This document shows, piece after piece, positions 1 through 12,290 of a DNA stretch of 64,000 nucleotides (position 1 is its first letter; the number at the start of each line of letters is the position of its first letter). Below the pieces are notes generated by a model. That model ran no database searches, had not been told where the DNA came from, and saw only the letters and a list, made by a program, of their open reading frames with translations. A program made the position numbers and the translations under genes. The stretch lies in assembly GCF_009914755.1 (NCBI RefSeq), contig NC_060931.1. The stretch is one strand, 5' to 3'. The DNA comes from the human T2T-CHM13v2.0 reference genome, Homo sapiens.

Positions 1-9
1 AATTATTAG

Positions 10-200
10 ATGAGGTCTCGAATCAGAATGCCTGAGTTGAATCTCATCTCTACTACCTAAGTATTATGTAACCTAGAGGGTTTATGCTTTGGCAAAATGG
101 AGATAGTGATACCTATTTCTCAGAGTTGTGTAAGGTTTAATATAAAATGTATAGTCTGTAATACTGTCACTACATTAAAGTATGTATTCAATATAACAGT
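10..200 (+). mobile_element. MIR SINE relic
   Basis: Degenerate MIR core (aaaatggagatagtgatacctatttctcagagttgtgtaagg). Confidence 0.6.
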
Positions 201-881
201 TACTATGAATGATGTAAAATAGTTGTGGTTGCCTTTTTGGGTACTCATCAACATTGTTTTTATATTTCCAAATGTGTGTGTGTATGAAAAAACATTCAGT
301 GGTTACGTCAGGAACATATTTAAAATTTAAAAGTTCAACGCTTATATTTGAAAATGCATAGCTTGTGTTAGCTGTTCAAAAACTTAATGCTGTTGGTGAG
401 TGTGGAAATAATTTACTCCAGCATTCTTGCATGCATATATATAAAACATGGCATCAATATTTTGTAAAAATCTGCAATGTGAAAGATATACCTTAATACA
501 GTTATTCTTCCTAATTATCCAACAATTGTTGTTTGGCATTCAATTTATAAAATGCTTACACTTGAAGAATTAAATAAAATTCAATTTGATTAGTTACAAT
601 GGAACTGGGAATTTGCACCAGATTATATATTTATGTTTTAATGGAAATTTAAGACATGCAAGTATATGTTTTTAAAGAGCTATGAAACCATCTATTAATA
701 TGACTTTACTTTTGGCCACACGTATAGCTAGGGAAGTTCTTGTGTTCTAAGAACCTCCAAATGGCAGAGATAGCAGTTGATTAAATGGCATCATGTCCCT
801 CCAAGTAGTCACCCCCCTAAGTAAGTTGGGCAGGAGACTAAACAATTGCTTTAGTGTAAACAATCAGAAATAATACAAACA

Positions 882-1182
882 GGCTGCATGTGGTGGCTCA
901 CACCTGTAATCCCAGCATTTTGGGAGGCTGAAGCAGGCAGATCGCTGGAGCCCAGGAGTTCAAGACCAGCTTGGGCAACATGGTGAGCCCCTGTCGCTAC
1001 TAAAAACGCAAAAATATAGTCGGGCATGGTGGTGGACACCTGTGGTCCCAGTTACTCTGGAAGCTGAAGTGGGAGGATCACTGGAGTCTGGGGATGGAGG
1101 TTGCAGTGAGCCAAGATTGTACCACTGAACTCCATCCTGAGAGACAGAGTGAGACTCTGTCTCAATAAATAAATAAATATAT
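882..1182 (+). mobile_element. Alu, AluJ-like
   Basis: Full dimer; J-type features gagcccaggagttcaagaccagc and gggaggatcac; (TAAA)n tail; degenerate TSD aaataatacaaa/aaataaaacaaa. Confidence 0.93.
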
Positions 1183-3064
1183 AAATAAAAACAAATTTTA
1201 AAACCCTAAGTTGAGTTTTCAACTTATGAGATTTCATTTATGAAATCCAGAATTATGAGAAAGAGGTATATAACAAGTTAATTTTTAAATCCTCAGTGTA
1301 TCCATCTGTCTGTGTATTTTATTATAGTATCTAATACTAAAATGGTAAGCATTCATTTAAACACAAACACACAGACACACGCATCAAGAAAACCAAGTGA
1401 TTTCTTTGGGGAAAAATGCAAATGTGTGGAATTTGTGCAATTAATCCAGTCTAAAATCTTAAAAACAGGAGAGCCTCATCACTATTTAATTTTTCTTCTA
1501 TTTCCATTGAGAAAATTGTCTCTCCTTTTTATATGAGGGACAGGAAGGGGGAGGCAACTGTATCCTCAAAAAATTTCCTGTCCACCAGGTTTCACTAGCT
1601 TTTTTGGGAAGGTAAATTGACCCTGACTGGCAGACCTCTATTATGATATTTATGAGAGTTAATTACCAATGTTGAAGTTATTGAAAAGTTTCAGAAAGAG
1701 CTCACCAATCTTAGGTTGCACAATCATTCAGGATAAAATTGCTCTCTGATAATAGGGGACAAAGTTTGCCATTTAACCTTCAGTTTCTTTCTTTAAGTTT
1801 TGGGGCTCTAAACCACAAAATAAATTACATTGTTGTAATTAAGGCAAATTTCCTTCTGCCAGATAAATCATCCTAGATATACAAAGAGTTGGAAAATTGT
1901 TGCTTTAATCAATAGAAATTATTCAAACACTGAAAAGAGCTACTCTAACTAAAAAAAAGTCATGAAAGAAAATAGAACATATAACTACAAAATATAAAAT
2001 ACAGTTATTGATATTTGAGCATTTTCAAATATCAACCATTTGTGTTTGCTATGTAGACATTTTAAATATAGAATTCAGTGTTTTGTGATCCGTAGACTCC
2101 ACAAGTAGCACAACAGATCTTAACTGGGGAATATATTGTATTAGAATTCCAAAAGAATAATCATCATCATAAACAGAGAAGAAAAGCCAAAAAGACCATT
2201 CACAGAAAATAGAAAGATGAAATGAATAAAATAAAAAGACCTCACTTTAAATATGTGCTCTAAAAAAAAAATCTTTGTCTACATCATGCTGATTCTCAGA
2301 GGTAGAGTATTTGTACACTGGTGAAAACTGCTTTCACAAAAGGGTTGTTTACCACAATACTTAAGCCTGCTGTTATCGATCGCTGGCAAACTGCAAGCAG
2401 CAAGTGATGATTACCTCAAGAACAGGGTTTTCTTCTTTTTGTCCAATCTCAGCATGAGAAACTGGCAGCAGCAAAGCACCTCCACTGGTACAAAGCTACA
2501 AAGGCGAGTGCTTTCCTGCCAACAGCATCCATCACTTGTATCGTAGAACTTACTTTCCCTGCTACTACTGCACAACTTGCCTGAATGGAGATTTAGTCCT
2601 TTCTGCCACTGGAGCTAGGCCACATGAATTTTCCAGAAACCCTAGAGTTTTTAACCCAAGGTATCATACAGATTCACAGCAGTTAAGATCTCTCTGATGC
2701 AGAAATGTTACCACATTCAGCAGGGCTTACGAAGGTTCGGTCTGAGACACCAACTTACTAACAAACTGCAAAGCTGCACCTTTAATCAATATGGACTGAA
2801 TGTGGGATTTGAACATTTTAATGGTTGAAGGAAACAAATTCATTTCAAAAATGATGAAGGCTCTAAATCTATTAGTAATCTTTGGAAATTGCAGCAAAAC
2901 TATTTGCTGACTAGAAAAAACAGTTTTGATTGTTTTTAATTATAAAGTTTTAAAGATAAATATAATAAACGATATAAGGTCTAAAGATTTTTATTTCTTT
3001 TAAACTTAGTTAAGTAAGTACTTTTAAAAAAGGCAAAAACAACTTTTTGTAAAGGCAAAAGTAT

Positions 3065-3240
3065 GAGTTTAGAAGCCAAATTGCAGCTTTGTCTTTTATT
3101 TCTGTGTAAGCTTGGGCAAGTTATTTACCATTGCTATGTTACCACTTATTTTAACTATAAATTGGAAAGCTTATGTTAGAAAAAAGTAAGAAAATTTAGA
3201 TAAAAGTACTGACATAAAACAGGCACTCAGTAAATGGCAA
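3065..3240 (+). mobile_element. MIR SINE relic
   Basis: ttgggcaagttattta...aggcactcagtaaatgg resembles MIR core and 3' end. Confidence 0.5.
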
Positions 3241-3735
3241 TGATTTTAAAGTATAGATAAAAAATTTTATTTATTTTATTATTAAGTTAATCACAGGTAT
3301 ACTGCTTGGTCATAGCAGTAAAAGGTAAGTGTTGTAAGAAGTATGATTTATTTAACATCCTGTACTTTATTTGCCCACTAAGTCACCATAGCTGAGAATA
3401 ATTGCTGTGGTGATTTGGGTGGTGTCTTTTTGGGAGACGGGGGACAACAAAACAGACAAAATGACAACTGGTCTTAAAGTACCTGGGGGTGTTAGTCACT
3501 TCCTACACTTGAAGGTACACTTGGTGACTTGATCCATAAGTCCCGGTTTTCACACATTACACATGAAGTTCATATTTTCTCCTAGGATGATTTTATCCTG
3601 GGTATAAACCACTTACAAGATTTCTGTTAAGGAAATTCTTATTGGAGGGAATGAAATTTAGGAATAAGAGGGTCTATGCCAAAATAATTCAATTTTGGCT
3701 ATGTGCTAGTACATGGCAGCACCATTATAAAATAA

Positions 3736-3778
3736 TGTGTGTATGTCTGTGTCTGTGTGTGTGTGTGTGTGTGTGTGT
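3736..3778. repeat. (TG)n microsatellite, imperfect
   Basis: Seen directly. Confidence 0.9.
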
Positions 3779-3832
3779 AGTATACATACACATATATGTA
3801 TGTGTATACTTTATATACAAAAGAAGACTTTG

Positions 3833-4251
<419 letters not shown>

Positions 4252-4475
4252 TTATGCTCACACTCATTGTCTCTTTCTACCACCTAAGCTAAATGCTCAA
4301 CACAGTGACTTATTAGCCCTCAATCTGTTTATGCCAGTTCTAAGTAAAACTTACCTTGTAATTGTAACTGTGTAATTTAATTATTACTCAAATCATTGAA
4401 TTTTGAATACAAAATGAAAGAGTCATCTTTATAAAAAATAACCTGCAAGCTTTAGAAAGACAAAATAACACAAGT

Positions 4476-4477
<2 letters not shown>

Positions 4478-4511
<34 letters not shown>
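4478..4511. repeat. (TG)17 microsatellite
   Basis: Seen directly. Confidence 0.95.
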
Positions 4512-4512
<1 letters not shown>

Positions 4513-6421
4513 TGTGTATGAGGAGTGGTCAAGTTAAGTTTAGAGAGAACAACTGTGCAAGCTTTGGGTATTAATAATAAAAATAGTATTTTTACACTCA
4601 GATTTCTTCACAGATGTTCTTGAGTTTTTGCTATACTTTAAAAGAATTGAAACTATTATAGGTGATAAGATTGTGATATATACAAGAAAGGCAAGATACC
4701 ATTTCCAATTAGAAGATCTGTCCTCATAGAAAAGCCCTTAATCTTCAAAAATATAGCCAATGAATATAAATGTACATATTTTAAGTTAAACATTTAATGT
4801 ATGTATATATCTTTCTATATGTTCTCCCACATATACTTTAACCACATTTTCCGTTAACCAAGGAGCAACTGTTCCTGATGGCAGAACATAAGGTTTCTTG
4901 TCTTTCTGTGTGTATATATGTGTATTCACACACTCAGCCATGCATATATCCATGCATGGGCTTAAGGAAATTTTTGGAACAACAAAGTTGAAAAATCTTA
5001 TATAATGACTTTGAGGGATACTGGAAAGTTTAAGTTAATGTAAACCAATATATAGTGCCAGAAAAAAATAACTATAGGAAGACTTTTAAAAACTTCATAT
5101 CAAAATAAAGACTTTTTTCCTGAAAATTAAAAAAATATATAAAAACAAAAATTTGGATCTATTTACTCAATCTATATGACACAAATTATATAACTGAATG
5201 CATGGGGATGCTTTGGAGATTAACAGATCTAAAGAGAAAAGTTTAGATCTCAAATGCAATGCCTATATTTGCTTGATTGGGCTGGTAATCGGGGCAGAAA
5301 CAAACTCAAGAACCTGAGGATGCAAAATTAATTCTCTCACACTTAAATAACCCAATGAAATAATAAACTGTCCTAATACTTTTGTCACTTGAGTGTGTAA
5401 TTTAGCATCTCTATTTTATAATAATAATTGTGATAATAATGTCACCAACTCACTTAAAGAATATAAAATCAGTTTAACATTTTCTTAGATTAGAAACATT
5501 ATATTTAAGTGTATGTCCAAGTATTTTTGAGTATGTCTCTGGTTAAAAATGAGAACTTTTTTTTTAATTTAACGAAGAGGTCTACACTGATTAAAAAGCC
5601 ATTTTTGGTGGGGAGAAAAGAGCAGTTATGACACTTTTTTACAAACATGTTATCCTCTAAATAAATTCATAATCTTATGTAGCATTCATATAAGCAATAC
5701 TTTCTAAAATAAGCAGATTTTAATTACAATTTTAGGGAAACAATACCATTTGGGCATTTCCTATAGAGATAATAACAATTGAATTGGATACTGTCACAGA
5801 ACAATGTGGAGGCTTTGCATCATCAATGCAAAGGTAAAGCAAAAATGTTACTGAAAATAATGTTGCGGCAATGCTTACATTTGTTTTCAAAACAAAAGCC
5901 ATTTATTCTGACTATATTTTATTCTGATGTTTCTCTATACAATGGCATGGGCTAGGTGATTAATGCTGCATTCATTTGAAAGTGATGGGCACTTCAAAGT
6001 AAGCAAGAGTCTCTCAACATACTGCCATTGAAACTTATATTTTGATGGCTCAAAGAATAAATTCTTTTGGATTTCCAGCAATGTATCTACATTTTAACGT
6101 GAAAAAATGGGAGTGGCACTATTTTTCTATGTAGTAAAAACTCTTTGTAAAGTAACCTTTATTTTTCTCTGTGAAGTCTAGGTCACATAACTTCTTGTTT
6201 TCTTAATGCTTATCACAAATATAGATGGAAAATTCTTCAAGTCTATCCCATCACTGAAAATATGAAAACCACCACTTCCAATTAGCAGAATATGAAAAAA
6301 ATAAAATATAACATGCTGGTATTCGAATGTCACTGAGCCAGCACAAAATGTTCTTTACAGCAATACAAGATGTATAATGACCTATAATTTTAAGTGTGAA
6401 AACCTGTTTTTGCTTACGCAC

Positions 6422-6457
6422 CTCAGGAACTGAAACTCCTGAAGTGGGCAGAGTCTG
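6422..6457 (-). CDS. DGKB: DGKB microexon (36 nt; 33 nt with the distal NAGNAG acceptor), linker after C1B
   Basis: ctctttttcag|CAG ACT...CCT GAG|gtgcgt; QTLPTSGVSVPE continues ...ICPVVL in the DGKB protein as I recall it; phase 0/0. Confidence 0.93.
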
Positions 6458-9400
6458 CTGAAAAAGAGAAGTTCATATGAAAGCTGAAAAAGAGTCAAAC
6501 TCAAAACAAATCAGTGAAGTTTCTCATATCATTACATGCCTGTGAAATAAATGAGTAAATTAAAAATACATTTCCTTGGTATAATTTTACTGCTTCCTTG
6601 AATTAAATAATTAAATATCTTTTCATTGAATAAGAAATTATCTAACACAGAGTGGGTTAGGTTGTGAAATTATTTATCCAAAACACAACTTCATCTACCC
6701 AAAGCATGCTGATCAACATCTTTGGTCAGCTTTAGCTCCAAGTTCCATTCTCTTTAATAAATAATTTCCACTAAGTTTTTTTAATTTGCCCCTTTACCCA
6801 TCCCAATTTTCATTTTGAAGTCCAACTCTCATTCTTTCCTAAAAATACTGTGTCTTTTGAACACAGACATAGCTTATGATGTTCATTTTGTTTTGTGATA
6901 CTCTGGAAATAAGAAAACATATTCCATTAATACCAGTAAAAGAATAAAAACTATAATTAAATAAGTAGCAAGAATTTTACTTGAGAGTAATTTTTTTAAG
7001 ATGGGGTTAAATACATTGACATTAGTCTTCACAACTGTATTTTCCATTATCTACCACTACTACCCACTTTGTAGTTCATATTGGAAAGCCTTTTTTTTTT
7101 TGACAAGAAATGATAAAAGGTCACTGAATTCCAAAAGCCTGCATTCTATGGAAATGAGAACATAAAATACAAATTTGGATAATTAGTTGACAAATCACAC
7201 ACACAATACTAGATAAAGTTTCCCCATGCTGGAACGGGAGAAGAAAAGTTGGATGGGATGCCAGTTCTTAGATATTTGTGTCCCTGAAAAGAAGGAGGTA
7301 GTCAGAATTCCCTTTTCCTCCCTAGATACGAGCTATCTGAGGGAGGGTCTGGGCAGTGCTAGATCACCAAGATGGGTATGAAAAATCTGATAGTCCAGAT
7401 ATTATTATAGTCCCTTACCCAGGAGAACTTTAGAAAGGCAGCAAGAACCAAAAAAAAAAAAAAAAAAAGAAAAAAATAGCTGAATCTGAGATAGGTAAAA
7501 CCTGACACCCTCACAGCTGTGCAGAATAGAGATGGACTAAAAGCATTCAGTGCACTCAAAAGTGACACAGAAGGAGAAGAAGAGGTCTAGCACAGCCCCA
7601 CAGAAAATTAAGGTGTTCAGGAATACAGCTCTATTTGGAAGATATTTCCATAATATAAGTAGAAAGTACTGTAGCTGCAGATTTCTAGTCAAAAGAAGCC
7701 ATGAAGTGGAAGAGTATGAGCTCTGGCCAACTATCCATTCCACAGGAGAATCTAATGGAAGTAATTATTGTTGTTTTGAAGATGAATTGACAGTAGGTTT
7801 GGTAGAGCCTTTACTGAAAACTTCCTGATTTCAGTAACATTCTTGACTTCTGAGTCCAAATCAGTCTACATAACACCAGGGACAATGAATATTTGTGCTA
7901 GTTTCTCTCTGGGTCAGTTCAAAGATATTTGCCAACCTTATTATCATTCTTTCTTAGCTTTGGGTTGAAGCTTAAGGTCTGAATAAAATTGCAAGACATG
8001 GATATAGTCCTTCCATCTTTATCATAATATATACAAGTTTGTTCTTCAAATTCAGGTCAGGAATGTAATCCTATGGATCCTTATCCCATTCTGTGCCATG
8101 GACCCAGGAAACTCTCAGAGACTCTCAAGCAACCAAAATAAGAGACTTCAATCAGCCTCCAGAGCCTGAGTCAGAGATGCCTTTTACCTTAGAAGAGTGT
8201 ATGCTTACTATGCATACATTTGCAGAGAGCAGGCACTGGAAAGCCAAGTGAAAAGATTATGGCTGTCTAAATGGTTCAGAATAACAACCAAATGCAATTC
8301 AAGAGCTTCAGATAGATCCTGGTCCACTTTCACTTTTACCATGCCCAAAAAGTAAATAAATAAAAGCAACAGAAGGCATTTTGGGGATAACTGTAGACAT
8401 TTGAATATGGACAAGATAATGACTGATATTATGGAATCATTGTTAATTTTCTTAGGTGAGAGTATAATAATGTCATTAGGTAGAAAATTGTCCTTAGTCT
8501 TAGAAGGTGCTTGCTGAAATATTTAGTGATGTGGTGTTAGGCTATGTGCAGCTTACTTTCAAAAGCTTCAGCTTTATATATATATATACACATACATATA
8601 TATTTATATGTAAAGAAGTATATATAAAGAAATTATGGCAACACAATAGCAATTATTGAATATATGTGGAAAATATATTGGATTTTTTTATTGTTAGTGA
8701 ATATTTTCTAATAAAATTTGAGAGAAGAAAGTTCTTTCTACCTCTTCATTATATCCTTTAACGCCTAAAAGTGTGTAAAAATGTTTCTACAATGAAATAA
8801 AAATATGTACATTATCTCAGTGAAAACTATGAAGTTGCTAGAAGGTTGGGAGAGAAGTCATAGGAGTGGGTGGGAGAGAAATAAGGAGCACTATTTTCAT
8901 GGAAACAGAGTTCTCATTTAAGATGAGTAAATAAAGGTAAGTTTCTAGGCTGCTGGGAAAGAGGAACAGAGAAAGAGGGGGAACTGTTAAAGATAAATGA
9001 AAAACAAGGCTTTTTAGAAAAAAGCAATATTTCAATTAGAGCAGAAGCCCTTATTGACAGGCATCGCACTTTTCCAAATGTGTTCCTTTTGGGTCTCAAA
9101 TGCAGAAACCCACAGCGGCCAAAAGATAATACAAATAGGTAAAACAGGTCCGATGTTGCAAAGGTAAAGACTGTGCCATGCTGGATAATAATCCTCCCAT
9201 TTGAAGTTATCCAAAAATGAAAAAGAAAAGACACTGTGGTATGAAATTGAAACCTAGCTACCACTTTGCAATTAATTGGCAATTCATGGATAACATACTT
9301 GAAGTCTTCCTCTTTCTCAGAGCAGCAGGGGTATGAGATATCTACTGATAGAGAGCAAGTGAGGTTGGCAGAGAGGTGGTACAATGAAAAAGGTAATGAA

Positions 9401-10665
9401 ACAGAGGTTTGTCACTTCTTTTCTGAAAATAAAAAAGCAGTTTGCTAAGGATGAGTAGCAGGATCAACCAAAACTGATGACCCAGCTGGAGCTAGAAGTT
9501 TTAAATATGTAAGAGAGAAAGCCCCCAGCCCTAAGAATTTTCTTATGCAACACTCAGCCTTCTGAGAGCAACTCTAGAAATTTACTCCAAGAATAAGAGT
9601 GACAAAACCAACATATATCTAACCTCATTTACAATCAAAATGTGTAAAGAGTTATATATTAAATGTACATGCCCATCAGTAGTTTATTCCTGTTACAATG
9701 AGCAAACCATGGTACTTAGATCTAAAAGAAAAGTAGAAACTTATTAGAAAATAAATTTAGCTATCGTATCACTTCTTTTTTTACTCTCCTGTACTTAATT
9801 TTTAAATATCAAAGATGAGCAGAGTAAATGTTTTGGTTTTTTTGAAAATCATCATGAGTGCATGATTCTAAATGTAATATATTTTTAATCAGAATTAATA
9901 CAGAAACTGTATATTTTTATTTAATCCAATGTGAGGTGTGACTACAGAGGAATGTGATTGATTTTATTTGATCAGTATCTTTTTAATATTAAATAGAATA
10001 CACAGTACAGATAATTAGTTTAAAAGATGCATTTGCCTTCAGGGCACTCATTAAGTTCAATTTAATATCAAAGAATTTTTTAAAATTCTATTATTCTTAA
10101 GTATTAGGATATCTCTTGTCTTCATATTTTCTAATGTGTAATCATTTTAAATTGACAATTTAATCCAAATTGTCATAGGACAAAGAAAAATCTTTGGTGG
10201 AGATTATTGGAGGTTTGACTTAGTTAAGATATAATGAGAGCACAGTACTCACATTAAAAGGGTCATTAGTTATTTCAGGCTAAAGGAAAACTTTAAAAAT
10301 GATACCTTATACCTACATAAGAACATTTATATTTTTATATATATATTTTACATTTATATATTTTTCATGTTTGCTATCTTGCCTCATTTAATACTCCCAC
10401 TGAAACAAGATACTTTATCTTTCAGGTTGGGAAGCTGAAAATCAGAGAGCTTAGATGCCTAACCCAGGAAAACAAAGTTAGTGACAGAATATTGCTTCCC
10501 TAACCCAGGCTCTATTTATTCAAATAACAGTAGTTGCAAGAGGAGACTTTTTAAAATTACTATTTTTAGCCTTGCCTTCATTTTTTAAGTGGTTTGGAAA
10601 TAAAATTATTTTAAAATATTGATGAAGAATGAAAAATATTTAGAAATCACTATATCTACAAAGTG

Positions 10666-10667
<2 letters not shown>

Positions 10668-10705
<38 letters not shown>
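10668..10705. repeat. (AC)19 microsatellite
   Basis: Seen directly. Confidence 0.95.
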
Positions 10706-10708
<3 letters not shown>

Positions 10709-12129
10709 TTTTGCCTGAAAAACTGGCTTGAATAATGTGAATTAATTTAACACAATAACTTCCAGTGTAGTAGTTAAAGTGTTCCAAATATACAATTGGA
10801 TATCTCTGGCATCAAAAAAGTAGTAAGAGACAGAGAAAAAAAACTAGGGTAAGATAAAGAAAAATTGTCTTCATAAAATGACACTTTGTCTTAGCTGGAC
10901 AGGTAAAGTTGTTCTCTCAAACAAGATAATAAAGTGTATTATCTCTAGGATATAAAAATTACATATATTTTTGGCTTCCATGTTTTTTTTATATTTCAGT
11001 TTCATATAATTTGTTTAAACTTTATAATTCTTGAGGTCCTTAATTGTGTACACTCACACATATGAATACAATGCAAGTTTTAAAAAGGACGTGAGATAAA
11101 AATGATTTTAATACTATTGTTGTCTTTATTAAAACCTTTAGTAAGAGATTATTTCAGTCATAATACAAGCAAGACACTGAAAAGAAACATAAATTATTTT
11201 TCTTTTCCACAAAAATTCTGATATGTCTAATTAAGATGTAACTATAAAAATAAAACATTTTAAAAGCTACACATATTGTAATCTTATCCAGGGTCCCTTG
11301 ACTACTTCTCACCTGACTCAAATTTTAAAGTTTGCATTAACAGAAATTTAATGGTAAAATATATTTTTAACTGTGGTTACTTCACTACCCTTCAACTGTA
11401 ATTGCTCACAAAATATTCCATTCTTACTTAGTAAATATGATTGTTTATGTCTATTTGTACAGTTTTGTCTGGAGGCTATTGACAAGAAGGGAGCTTAGGC
11501 TCTATCCATCCTCTCTCCCTCAATATGTGTCTATGTGTGTGTCTGGAAAGGAAATGCAACTGAAATTTCAGGAAAGGGTACCTAGTGCAATGGATGTTTA
11601 AAAACTTAAAAGATATCAAATGTTTTCAATAAAATGTAAAGAATTTATCTTTATACAGATATCCAAATCATCTCAAACATGGATTTCTAAATATAAAAGC
11701 AATCAGCAAGAACAACTAAAACAATTTTAGCATTTTTGGCTTGCCTACTTGATTAGCTAGCAAAAGATGCCATTAGAAATGAGTAACACCCTCTACTTAG
11801 CTAGGTCTCATAAAATCATTAGAAGTAAATATCGTTAAAGAGGTGTTCTTCAATTTAAGTCGTGACCTGCCATAAGAATATTTGAATATTTACACACTTG
11901 TAAAATAATTTTACAATGACTACCCATTCTTTTGACCCCACTCTCTGGTATATTCTACTCTTTTTACTCTTCACGTCTATTTTTCTCTAGTCTCTCTATT
12001 GTTTTTCTTTCCATTCCTTTTCTGAAAGTCTGGTCTAGGTTCCTTAAATTTATTTCAAGCATTATTAATTGTTGGGGACTGCAGCATGAACATAAAAACT
12101 GCTTTAAAATACAGGGTATTGAGTAAAGC

Positions 12130-12290
12130 AACTATTGCTTCTGCCACTTGCAAGGTTTTAGGTAATTTTCTTAATCTCCCTAAACTTCACATTCCTCAAA
12201 TGTTCACCGGGCATCATAATTATACCTACCTGTAGGATTAAAAGGATAATGTGTGACACATTTAAGTTCTCAATAAATGGTTAACTGTTT
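12130..12290 (+). mobile_element. MIR SINE relic
   Basis: ttaatctccctaaacttcacattcctcaaatg...ataattatacctacc...ctcaataaatg. Confidence 0.55.

Noticed and set aside
4349-4370. Perfect minus-strand donor AAG|GTAAGT as a recursive splice site or exon end
   Set aside because: No polypyrimidine tract or plausible upstream acceptor
8914-9384. 156-aa minus-strand ORF, the longest outside recognised TEs
   Set aside because: TTG start, no recognisable domain, F/S/L-rich composition typical of the reverse of purine-rich intron DNA
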